Positions 52,976 to 64,000 of a DNA stretch of 64,000 bases are shown piece by piece. Made by a program: the position numbers and the translations under genes. Numbering within the stretch: position 1 is the first letter of the stretch; every line of letters begins with the position of its first letter. Location: contig NC_045697.1 of the NCBI RefSeq assembly GCF_009834535.1, positions 55,740,001 through 55,804,000 on the forward strand, in the 5' to 3' direction. The stretch comes from Camelus ferus (lineage: Eukaryota). Below the pieces are notes generated by a model. The model had not been told where the DNA came from, did not search any database, and saw only the letters and a list, made by a program, of their open reading frames with translations.

Positions 52976-53734
52976 TCTGTTCCTTTACCTTTTATGTAAC
53001 TATACAACTCAGGGAACATAAGAATTAATGTCAACTGCTCACATTTGAATTTCATCCCTTTTCTTACTCTCCTCAGAAACTCTCTGAAATCATCTCATCA
53101 GTTGGCGATTTTGTGAAGACAACAACCCATTTCATTAATTGTCTTAACTCTACTGTCCATGGTTAATTAGTGATTACTTCAGTATTGATGACAGCCAAAC
53201 ATCTACAGACTTCTATGGAAATGATGAATCACTAATATGTTCACTTAATAGTTTACAATGCTGGCTATTTATATCAGGAATTGACAATGGATTCTCTATC
53301 TTAAATGGGCATTTGCCATACTTTCTCCAATAAAGATACTTAATACTTTAAAATAACTTTTAAATACATATACCTTCTTCTTTAAATTTATCACTCTTCA
53401 TTTTTCCATAAATTAAATATTAGAAACTGAACATATATTCAAAAATTGCAGAATGTTGAGAGTACCCAATATTTATAATTATCCATATCCAATTATGTAA
53501 ACTCATCTCTTCCTTTGACTAAAACTTCTAATTGAGATATACAGAGTCAGGCTAACTAGAGCCAAGTCCAATATAGAGAAATTTAATATCTTTGAACATT
53601 GGAAAAAATTATCTTAGACACACTGTATAGTATTTTGAGGAATATCTTAAATTAAGCAAACAGTAATGTATTCCCTTGCTTCTTAAAGAAAATTCAAAAT
53701 TTTCCTTTTTTTTTTTTTTTTACTAAAATATTAA

Positions 53735-54320
53735 ACCCTTTGAGAAGCACATAAAGCCTTTCATGAGTCCCATCCCTCCTACCCTTCCAGACTCACCTGC
53801 TACAGGGTCTCCACAAGTATTCATTCATCAGTTATAAGAAGCAATTTTCGGAGACACTGCTTTGGAAAAGATCCCCGTTGTTCTCCCTACTTGCTGCAAG
53901 TAATAAATCCTTCCTTCCTCTGAAAAAAAAAATAAAAAAGAAGCAATTTATTTTTCCTGAATGGATCATACATTATCCATTCCTGAATGACTCCCATACA
54001 TTGAAACCTTTTCATGTACCATTTAATCTACCAGAGATACCATTTTCCCCTCATTCACTGGACTCCTCAACATTCTAGAGATGATTCAAGAGTTCGGTAT
54101 ACCTTTGCTAAGCCCCTTGCCTTTCTAAGTCAGGTGCCTTTCTCTGTGTTCCTATAACATCCTGTTTCTGCCTGTAAAATGCCAATCACCATAATATTAA
54201 AAATGTTAATGTTATGTCATATTCAATATCCCCAGTACATAATAGCATATAAACAACTAATGCACTATGTTGACAATGAAGAAATCTTTGCTATTAATTG
54301 GATGAATATATAAATGAATC
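53735..54320 (+). mobile_element. L2 3' region (host of a small retrocopy)
   Basis: gcacataaagcctttcatga...ttccagactcacct; ctctgtgttcctataacatcctg; tatccccagtacataatagca. Confidence 0.6.
53848..53937 (+). pseudogene. L1-mediated retrocopy of the polyadenylated 3' end of an LTR (MER34/MER89-like) transcript
   Basis: LTR-like gagacactgctttggaaaagatcccc...cttgctgcaagtAATAAA (53902-53907); A-tail starts 15 nt later; perfect 12-bp TSD aagaagcaattt at 53836-53847 and 53938-53949. Confidence 0.8.
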
Positions 54321-54429
54321 AGTTCATCAACTATGAGAATTACATGAGGTGTGAGAAAAAAAGTATCATTATATAAATTATATCTTAATTTTTTCATTAA
54401 CTGAACATGTATTTTGCACATTAAGTTTT

Positions 54430-54560
54430 AAACATCCTTATAATTTAAGGATGAGGAAACTGAGGCAAAAAATTAAATCACTCGTCTAAGACATATAATC
54501 AGTACACAGTTGAGCCAAAATATGAACTGAAGAAGGTATCAGAGTATGCACACTCAGATA
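54430..54560 (-). mobile_element. MIR SINE fragment
   Basis: tttaaggatgaggaaactgaggca core. Confidence 0.7.
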
Positions 54561-54934
54561 TGGACAAATGCATGGGTTTATGTACAGCATTCAGAAAGAA
54601 ATAGAACCAAAATCAATTTTTAAAAACATATATACTCCCTAGAAATTAAAAAATAGTTCCTCATTGTGTAAACTCCAACAGATTCTAAAGCATTTCAAGT
54701 AAATCTTATAATATTTACCAGACCTAGATCATTTTTATATCATATGAGCCTGAATTAAGTTATAAATATCTGAGCTACTCATTTATCTCAGTGATGTGTT
54801 TTTTTTCTAGAATATGCTTCAATTTTGTACATTATTTCTTAGACTTAACACAAATTCCTAAGTTTTCATTTAAGTTTTTGGATATTAAAACATATTTAAA
54901 GTATCACTTCAAAGTTCCTTAAACAGTAATTGAA

Positions 54935-55418
54935 GAGATTTCTCAATGATCCCTAACTCCTGGTATTTATGCCCTTGTGAAATTCCTTGCCTTTGTGTGT
55001 GGGCTGGACACAGTGACAACTACCCAACAGAATTTAGTAAAAGTATGAGATGCTTCTTCTGTGATTAAGTTACAAAAGATTATGACTTCCATCTTGCTGG
55101 AAGACTCATTTACTGGCTTTGATGAAGCAGTTAAATCTTCACTTTGGAGAGGTCCAAGTGACAAGGAACTCTGAGGAAAAGAATGCTGCCAAAAACTACT
55201 GAGTGAACTTGGAAGCACAAATCCCTCCAGCTGACATTTCAGATGAGTCCACAAACCCTGGGCCCACAACTTTACTGCTGCCTTGTGAGTGACTTAAGCA
55301 CTGTCTAGATTTCTAACCTACAGAAAGAAAATACGAGATAATAAATATATGTATGTGCATTTCTCTAGATGGTTAAGTTTTGTGGCAACTGCTTACACAG
55401 CAGTAGGTAACCAATGTG
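54935..55418 (+). mobile_element. MaLR LTR, MLT1E-like
   Basis: caatgatccc.aactcctggtatt.atgcccttgt; ctggctttgatgaagca; gagtgaacttggaagca; taagttttgtggcaactg.ttacacagca.tag.taacc. Confidence 0.88.
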
Positions 55419-57128
55419 TGATGTACTCACACAAAGTTTTTATATATATATATAAAATTACTATTATATTATTATTTATATTAATTATTAAATATATCTA
55501 TTTTATTCTATATATATAAATAATTAATTACTAGAAGGGATTTGGTGTGGTTATTCAAATCCAAGGCCATAGCCTGTAGAAACATTCATAAAAAAATTAT
55601 GTGCATCATTTGTTATTGAGCCTCTTAAATTTAATTTGGTCCAAAGATAATAATGTTGGGTAGCACAGCTTTTAAAGTACATTTCACTTGAAATCATACC
55701 GTACAAATATCGATGTTTGTTTTACATGAAATTATGGAATATATCTTCATTCTTATTTTTAAAATATGCATAACTAACTTATATTCCATTAAAGTCATGT
55801 ATGCAAATACATTTTAGTGTTAAAACTTGCTGTTTTATAAGGATTGTCACTTGTAATAAACTACAATAATCTATTTGTTTTTACATCCAAGATGAACCTA
55901 GTTAGGCCGTTATTTACTGTGCCAGGATTTCCCATAAATAAGAAAAGAGACATGGGACCTTACTGGCACCTGCTGTGTGTTAGACACCTTATATATATAA
56001 TTTTATTTAATATTAACAACATCCTTTGAGAAAAAGTGAATTCAAATGTAAAGGATACACTGAAATCACCCAGTTTTTCCTAAGATTTGCACTCTCTGGC
56101 TTAATAGAATGAGAGGAGAATCATGGCTGCCATACATACTGGGGTAACTCTAATGGAGTTTCTCAATAACAATTTCATTAAGATTTTCATTATCTGGGAA
56201 AAGAGTAACTACAGACATTAACCACAGAGAGCAATCTGTAAACAGATTACATGGTGTAGATAAAGATCTTAAATTATTTTCACTTTTATGTGAAAAGCAA
56301 AGGAAAGAACAATTCTGGCACCTCCCAAAGGGAAGAAAGAGAATTCCAGAAAGTAATTCCAGACTTTGGACAATGCTTGAGATTTTATTTCCAATAGACA
56401 TAAATAATTTTCTGAACCTATAAATGGCATGTTAAGTATAGAGTCTGGATAGCACAGAGGACGGAATCTGACTCTTCAGTCTATTGTATGGTAGCATGTG
56501 ATCAAGAAGGAATCATTTAACTTCTGTGCTGGTTCTCCAGTGTCCATTTAATAGCTTTTGGTAGAAGAGAAAAGGGCTAGACAAATTCACCACTTAGGTT
56601 ATTTTAGCTGAGAATCACCCAACTGATTAACTGAATTTTATTCACATCACTGAGGAAAGTTACATAAATATTTTTCTTCTCACTTTTATTTTGTCAACCA
56701 ATCATTACTTTGCTTTCTCCATAAAAAACAGAAATTTTTGAAGCATAGAATGCTAGTACTTACCAAACACTCTAATAACTTTGGCTTATTGATGAAACAA
56801 CCTTATTAAATATCTCCATTTTATAGCTTAGGAAAACTCAGAAAAAGCTGAAAAAATTCCAGGGAGAAAGAACTCTAATATTAGTGTTTAAACTCAATTA
56901 TAGCATCTCAGCATCATGGTTGATGACACGTAAGCATTTATTCTAAGTTCACATGCTCTCATCTTTGCAAAATATACTTGAATCATAAATTTTGAATACT
57001 GACTATGAAACCATGAACATGGAAATTATTCTCAAGTTCTTCAAGTAATAAAAATAGTTGTTATTAAAATATAGATGTGTTTTCAATTCTATAAATTTGA
57101 CTCTTAGACATAAGAATTAGACATTTGG

Positions 57129-58855
57129 TGGAAAGACATCCCATGCTCTTGGATAAAAAGAATTAATGTTGTTGAAATGACCATACTACCCAGAGAAATC
57201 TACAGGTTTAATGTGATCTCTATGAAATTATCCATGACAATTTTCACAGAACTAAAACAAATAATTCTAAAATTTATGTGGATCCACAAGAGGCTCAGAA
57301 TTGCCAAAGCAATACTGAAGAAAAAGAATGAAGCTGGAGTAATAACCATCCTTGACTTCAGGCAATACTACAGAGCTACAGTAATCAAAATAGTGTAGTA
57401 TTGGCACAAAAACAGACATCTGGATCAATGGAACAGAATAGAAAGCACAGAAATAAATCCATAGACTTATAATCAATTAATCTTCGACAGAGTTGACAAG
57501 AATATACAATGGAGAAAAGACAGTCTCTTCAGCAAGTGGCTTAAAAACTTAAACATAAGAAAAGACACTATAAATTCCCTAGAAGGAAAAAATAGGCAAA
57601 ACATTTTCTGACAAATCTTAGCAATGTTCTCCTCAGGCAGCATACCCAGGCAAAAGAAATAAAAGCAAAAAATATACAAATGGGACCTAATTAAACTTAT
57701 AAGCTTTTGTACAGCAAAGAGAATCATAAAGAAACAATAAAAAAGACAGCCTAGGAAATGGGTGAAAATATTTGCAAATGATGCAACTGACAAGGGCTTA
57801 ATTTCCAGAATATATAAACAGCTCATACAACTTCATAACAAAACAAAACAAAACAAAACAAAACAAAACAAAACAAAACAAAGAACCCAATCCAAAAATG
57901 GGCATAAAATGTAAACAAGTAATTCTCCAATGAAGACATACAAATGGCTAAAGAGGCACATGATAAAAATGCTCAATATCTCTAAATATCAGAGAAACGC
58001 AAATCAAAACTACAATGAGGTATCACCTCACACCAGTCAGAATAGCCATCATTCAAAAGTCCACAAATGATACATGCTGGAGGGGGTGTAGAGAAAAAGG
58101 AATCCTCCTACATTGCTGGTGGGAATGTAGTTTGGTGCAGCCATTATGGAAAACAGTATGGAAACTCCTCGAAAGTCTAACAACAGACTTACCATATGAT
58201 CTAGCAATCCTACCCCTGGGCATATATCCAGAGGGAACCTTAATTCAAAAAGATATATGCACCCCAATATTCACAGCAGCACTATTTACAATAGCCAAGA
58301 CATAGAAACAACCTAAATGTCCACAGACAGATGAATAGATAAAGAAGTTGTGATATATTTATACAATGGAATACTACTCAGCCATAAAAAATAAAATAAA
58401 GCAATTTGCAGAAACATGGATGGACCTGGAGATCTTCATTCTAAGTGAAGTAAGCCAGAAAGAGAAAGAAGCATACCATATGATATTACTCATATGTGGA
58501 ATCCAAAAAAAAAAAAAAAAGACATTCATGAGCTTATTAACAAATAAGAAACAGACTCACAGACATAGAAAACAAACTTAAGGTTACCAGGGAGGAAAAG
58601 GGGTGGGAAGAGATAAACTGAGATTCGAGATTTGCAAATACTAACTACTATATATAAAATAGGTAAACAACAAGTTTCTTCTGTATAGCACAGGGAACTA
58701 TAAGATTCAATATCTTATAGTAATCTATAATGAAAAAGAATGTGAAAAGGAATATATGTATGTACATATATAACTTAAGCATTATGTTGTATACCAGAAA
58801 TTGACACAACATTGTAAAATGACTATAAAACATAAATAAACAAAGTAGAGAAAAA
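57129..58855 (+). mobile_element. 5'-truncated L1 (~1.7 kb), disabled
   Basis: ORF2 peptides [14 protein letters not shown]..., [27 protein letters not shown]; 3' UTR; TSD aagaattag(a/c)catttgg at 57112-57128 and 58856-58872 (16/17). Confidence 0.97.
57837..57883. repeat. (CAAAA)n microsatellite inside L1
   Basis: About 9 units, direct reading. Confidence 0.95.
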
Positions 58856-61800
58856 AAGAATTAGCCATTTGGAATGTTTAATAGTGTTGGAGTTCAGGAT
58901 TATCCAAGAAGCACAGCAAGAGATATTGAAAACTCAGTAAATCACTGATTACTGTTACTTTGTGACAACTGATTCAGGAGAATGTACATGAAAATATAGG
59001 AAATTTTAGCATGGGCTAATCTACTCTGAAGGCAGTTTTTAATTTTTCTCTAAGATTAATGAAATGTAACTGCCTTTGATCTGTATTTTTAGCGCTTTGT
59101 GAGTATCGCTAACTTGGAATTTTATAATTATTTTCATAAATACACAGAAAGTGAATGAATCTGGCTTTTCAGCAAAGCATATGCTACAACTTTTCCTAAT
59201 GGTCCCTCTAATTCTTTCTCATAGAGCTTTGATTTTATCCTAACCTGAGATTTACTATAACCACAGCAAAATTCTACCAGTGTTTTGTTGACCCAAACAA
59301 AATCTTGGCATCAATCCATCTAAAGCAACATATATAAAACTAAATTACCTTGATGGAAAGATCATATTTAAGCCTGTATGGAAACCACCTTTAGCAAATT
59401 TATTATGACTCTGATTGTGTCTTACATATAGGAACTTCCATGGGCTTGTGGGGATTATTATATGGACTAGGAAGAAAACTAAGACAAGCTACAACCACCG
59501 TGTATAATTAAGCAACCTGCAGGAGGCTGCCTGGGAGGCAGCCAAGCTATGGCTTTGTGCAGTGGAGGTCTCACAGTGTTGTATTTCCATTACTATGCCC
59601 ATCACATACAGACATAAAGATAATTGGGTCTCACACACAACTTTCTAAGTCCAAGTTTCCCTATATGCAGAATATGGTTATTGGTCCTATGTTTTCTCAC
59701 AGAGCTGCTTTGCTCGTTAATGAGATCATGACTACCACTTCCTTTGAGCTCTTTGAACTAAAGAACTCTGTAAATAAAAGACCCTATTATTTCACCACTC
59801 TTGTTACTCACTAAAGAAACGGTCCCTGAAAATACAGCCTTTCACTTGCTCTGTGTGTAAAATCTCCATTGCCTGCAATGGGAGGGTTTGTGTGGCATAA
59901 TTACAGGAATCTGCCTGCTCTGCAGAGTATTGTACAGTAGCGTTCCAAAACATTTCTGAAGAAAAGAGATGCTAACATCCACCCACATTTCACCTAACAC
60001 TGCTAATGCAAAACTCTGACTCCAGATGTCTACAGCTTGTTTCCAAAAAAAGCCTCCTCTTGGGATACTCTGAAGTTTAAATGTTGAAAAATTGTCCCTG
60101 AAGAATAGATATTAAGGTTTAACCAGTAACTCTACCAGTATTTTTGAGACTCTTTACTGGGTTTTTACCTAATTTTGTTTAGGGGCTCTCTTTTTTGTAC
60201 TCTTTTGAATAGAGAGAGATTAACAACACTGGCAGTGCAATTAATCCTGACAGGCCTAAGAGCTTTTTTCCCCATTTTCCTATTTTTCTTCAGTTTGTAA
60301 AAGACTAAATTGGTGATGAATAGAGACAAAACAATAACGTTAATTCATGTAGTTTTCTACATCTCCAGTGCTATTATACTACATCATGAATGCATTTTAT
60401 TACAGTGATTTAAGTGAAAAAATGTAGAATATAATCTCATAATGGACAAATGATATATATTTATATGGTATTTTTTAAAATCATGTAACACTATGTATAA
60501 GAGTGTGCTGCAAGAGATTGGAGTTTTCAATTATTTTAGTCTAATATTAATATATTCTATGCAATTACTAATACACCATAGCTTTGTGCTATTTTTTTCT
60601 ATAAATAAGTTTAGTTAAAACATTAAATGACCTTATTGATATTCATTTATTTGCATTATTCTAATTCCTGGACATTTGTGGCCAAGATTTATTTATGGAT
60701 TCTCCCTATACCACTTATTGGCTTAAGTGTTCTAAGAAGGGCTTCTTTTATTTCCATAATTTCAGTATTTCCTTCCTGTAATTCTTACTATTTCAAATCC
60801 ACTTTGACTTAGTATTCAATCTTGTGATGGGCAATCTGTAATGAGCTACAAGAGCTCATTTATATTTGGACATATTGAGAATGACTTGGAAGTAGTCAGC
60901 TTTCTAAAACCAGTTTCTAAAACTAGGCATCCTGCATTCAGTCCGCTTGTTTGTTTCTGTACCTCTAAAGCTAAAAACTCTTTTCACATACATAGAAGTT
61001 AATTAATGTGAATTATTAGGAAGTAACAGAAATAAAGATAAAATCTAATTCAGTTTTTATAAATATAAATATCACATCTTAATGTTCTATGAAGATACTC
61101 ATATCAGTTCTCTTCATTTTGTGCAATCTGTTTTTGTATTTGCTTTTCCCATCTCCTTCCTCTTTCTATCCCTATTTTAACTCACTTGAACAAGCTGTAA
61201 TAAGGTACATTTTTGGTAATGGAATAACAATTAAACTTACTTCACTTCTTGAGCCTCTAAATATTCAATGAATAGTTAAAATCCACTAGTTGTAATTTTT
61301 TCCTAAAGTCGGTATTAACATATTCATATGCAATATAAAATACACAAGTATATATATATATATATATATAAAATATATTAGATATATTAGATGTATAGTT
61401 AAAATAAACACATTATCCAGTATAGAAAAATGCTGCACAGCCAGGGTTACTGAAATATTTGCACTTGCCTTTGTGTGTGCACGCACTCATACATATTTGC
61501 TTCACAATCCATTTTACATAGACTTTAAAAAAAACATTACAGTAATTCTAGTGGTCCAATTTTCTCCAGGAAATCATCAGCCCTGTTTAGATTACATACA
61601 CTGTAAAACATGTCCAAATAGTAAAATGATGTTTTCCATCACAGCATACAATTATTAGTATTTGAAAAATGTACTTCCTTTTATAAATAAACTCATCAAC
61701 ACAGGAATGAAAAAAAAAGATGTGAGAAACAAGAGGTAAAATTTTAGATGTGAAATTCTTCTAAAGTGATAATATTTGTCCACGTTACTTATATTTTTAG

Positions 61801-62028
61801 TAATTGTTGTTATTTTCCTGACTAAAAGTAACACAATCATATAAAATGCATGTTTCTGCGATACCACAGGCATTTCAGAAATACTAAATGGGCCTCTTCT
61901 CCACTGACATGAAATGTCTTTTTTCATTCATTAAATTCCCAAACAGGCATGTTTCTATTCCTTATTTCCATGCATTTTTTCTTTTTTACGTATTTACCAC
62001 CAACTTGCAAATTTCAGGCTTGACTCCA

Positions 62029-62032
<4 letters not shown>

Positions 62033-62072
<40 letters not shown>
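62033..62072. repeat. (TG)20 microsatellite
   Basis: Uninterrupted TG run. Confidence 0.97.
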
Positions 62073-62079
<7 letters not shown>

Positions 62080-62199
62080 GATGGCGCTCCTATGTCAAAA
62101 TAACAAGAGAATTATAGTGGCTTTAACAGAGAGAAAACTTTGGAATCATTCCCTCCTCTCTGAGTGAGAAAACACATAAACTATTAATTAATTACAGTC

Positions 62200-62470
62200 A
62201 GGGAAATTAATACCATTTACCCTTACTGTTATCTTCCATTTTCCAGGCATACAAGAAATGCAGACTTCTTAGTCTTCTCAAAGCAGGATGAATCATGTTA
62301 ACAGTTCTAGTCAATTATATATAAACAGAAATGACATGTGACACTTCAAGTTGAGAACTGTGAGCCTTTGAGGAGACAACAGGGAAAGTGGGCTGAGGTT
62401 ACAAAGTTGTAGATTGAATTGGCCTGGATCCTTATGTCATTGCATAGAAGAGAGAGCCTTAGGAGCTGCA
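62200..62470 (+). mobile_element. MaLR LTR fragment (MLT1H/I-like)
   Basis: aatcatgttaacagttctagtcaat...cagaaatgacatgtgacacttc; gcctggatcc. Confidence 0.55.
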
Positions 62471-62849
62471 GAATAAATCTTTACATCTGCTTATCCCTAG
62501 CATGTTTTGACATATATAACTCAAATGTCTATCTATATCCTGCACATACAGATTCTACTGCACCCCATCATGTAACCATTCCACAGATACATAAGGAAAA
62601 CTCATCTGTTTTAGAAATTTCCCTGTAAGCAGTTGGGGTTCAAGAAAATTATTCTCTGTATTTTCACTCTTCTACTTTTGGCATTTCTTTGATTTACATA
62701 ACTTTTTCTTAACCTAGATTTACCAGCATTCATGTTCTCATGTTGAATTATGATGGAGAAAAGATTCTCTCTTTGTAACACTTTAGGTCAATGTCTCATA
62801 ATTGAATTTTCCAGATTTATTTTGTTCACATACTAAATTCAAAGTCAAA

Positions 62850-63125
62850 AACCAAAGCTGACAAGATGACATAGAGAAAATATCATATGATGAATGAAGA
62901 ATTGTTCATGTGGTCATCCTTGGTCTAGTCAGTGTGAGACAGATTTGATGTGCTGATTGTCCAGACCTGGATCCCACGCTAATACCTGGAACATGCGCAG
63001 GGAAGCTGGTACTCTCAGCTGCAGGGACTCAAAGTGACTGGTGTCTCAAAGAAAATACTGAAATACCAATCCAGATCTAATAACATTAATTCTGGAAGGA
63101 AAGGATGCCTAGGGGTCTCCCGTAT
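62850..63125 (-). mobile_element. MaLR LTR fragment (MLT1K-like)
   Basis: tgctgattgtccagacctggatcccacgc...ctcaaagaaaat...ggaaaggatgcctaggg. Confidence 0.45.
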
Positions 63126-63169
63126 TATAATTTTTCATATCAAAATGCAATAAGATGATAAATACGAAT

Positions 63170-64000
63170 TTATAATTAACAAAGGTGAAGAAAATTATTA
63201 GTCTTTATACCACGCACATTGTCTAACTGAAAAAAATATTATCATTTAAAAAAACAACTAGAATTGAAAGCTTCTTATAATTTCCAGGTTATAATATAAA
63301 TAAAAACAGTCTTCATGAACTTGGAATAGGCAAGTAGTGTGGAGTACTACTGACAATGCAAAATCATAAAACACCTCAAAAAGAAATGCAAATTTACTAC
63401 AAGTCCAAAACTTCAAAATGTTAAGGAGAGTCATTAAAAAAATTTTACCAAATGGAAGCACTGCATTATGCATGGGTGTAGCAAACACTATTGAGATATT
63501 AATTTCCCCAATTTTGTTAAAGTTTAGTAAAACCACAATAAAAGTCCCCTAAAATTGGGATATGGGGGAGGGGTATGTGAAAACTGGACATTGACAGATT
63601 TTAAATTTCATCTATATGAATAAGAACATAAGGGGGGGGAAAGGACAGATTAGCATTATCAGATATTAAAGAGCATATTAAGTCTAAAATAGTTGAATAA
63701 TTGTCTTCCTGAAACATTAATAAACAGAGAATGAAACAGTGTAGAAAGTTCCAAAACAAAGTACTATATACATGTATACACACACATAATGTGTGTGTGT
63801 GTATATATATATAGTGTGATGAATAATAAACAAAGCACTTCAAAACAGTGTAGTTAACTCAAAGAAAATGGATACCCTTTGAAAAAGTATAATTAAAATT
63901 AATGCCTATTTCAAATCATATATAAAATTCAATTTTAGATATATTAAAGATTAAAATAAAGCATAAAATACTTTAAAATGTAATTTAGATATTTTAAAGT
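63170..64000 (+). mobile_element. Old L1M ORF2 3' region, runs off the window end
   Basis: caactagaattga; tgacagattttaaatttcat; attagcattatcagatattaaag; tcaaatcatatataaaattcaattttagatatattaaagatt. Confidence 0.7.

Noticed and set aside
55436..55530. AT-only palindromic tract (possible cruciform)
   Set aside because: Short degenerate (TA)n low complexity; unremarkable.
17717..58581. ORFs with L1 ORF2 peptides as functional CDS
   Set aside because: All are fragments of truncated, frameshifted L1 copies; none could encode an active protein.
38955..58855. Shared agtagag before the final A-run in two L1 tails, as a possible 3' transduction
   Set aside because: Only 7 bp, and the two L1s have different 3'-UTR types; chance tail decay is sufficient.
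59525..59543. Perfect 8-bp hairpin ggctgcct-ggg-aggcagcc
   Set aside because: Stems this short are expected by chance in 64 kb; no pre-miRNA-length fold is evident.
1..64000. CRISPR arrays, tRNA/rRNA genes, prokaryote-type systems, CpG-island promoter
   Set aside because: Mammalian repeat-rich DNA; I saw no regularly spaced repeat-spacer array, structured RNA gene or CpG-dense region.

Overview
AT-rich, CpG-poor eutherian non-coding DNA (intronic or intergenic). I see no CpG island, no recognisable host-gene exon and no RNA gene. The L1 3' UTRs are cetartiodactyl-like, and two copies match my recollection of the camelid (camel/alpaca) L1 3' UTR. I see no Alu, Bov-A/tA or PRE-1 SINEs. The window is mostly transposon fossils: six relatively young L1 copies, all on the + strand and several with target-site duplications (TSDs); old L1M fragments; MaLR (MLT1), MLT2 and ERV1 LTRs; an LTR16/ERVL provirus remnant; MIR, L2 and DNA transposons. 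The listed ORFs are either repeat-derived or chance. I found no convincing new biological system. The best leads are: (1) a frame-preserved, apparently pre-mammalian L2-clade reverse transcriptase fossil at ~29.9-30.2 kb, possibly an exapted conserved element; (2) an internally primed L1 RT-core insertion with a perfect 15-bp TSD; (3) a ~400-bp microinversion through an old L1 5' end; (4) an L1-mobilised, polyadenylated LTR-transcript retrocopy; (5) a speculative Gypsy-like RT remnant at ~47 kb. Repeat family names come from recalled consensus sequences, not database searches, and boundaries of old repeats are approximate.
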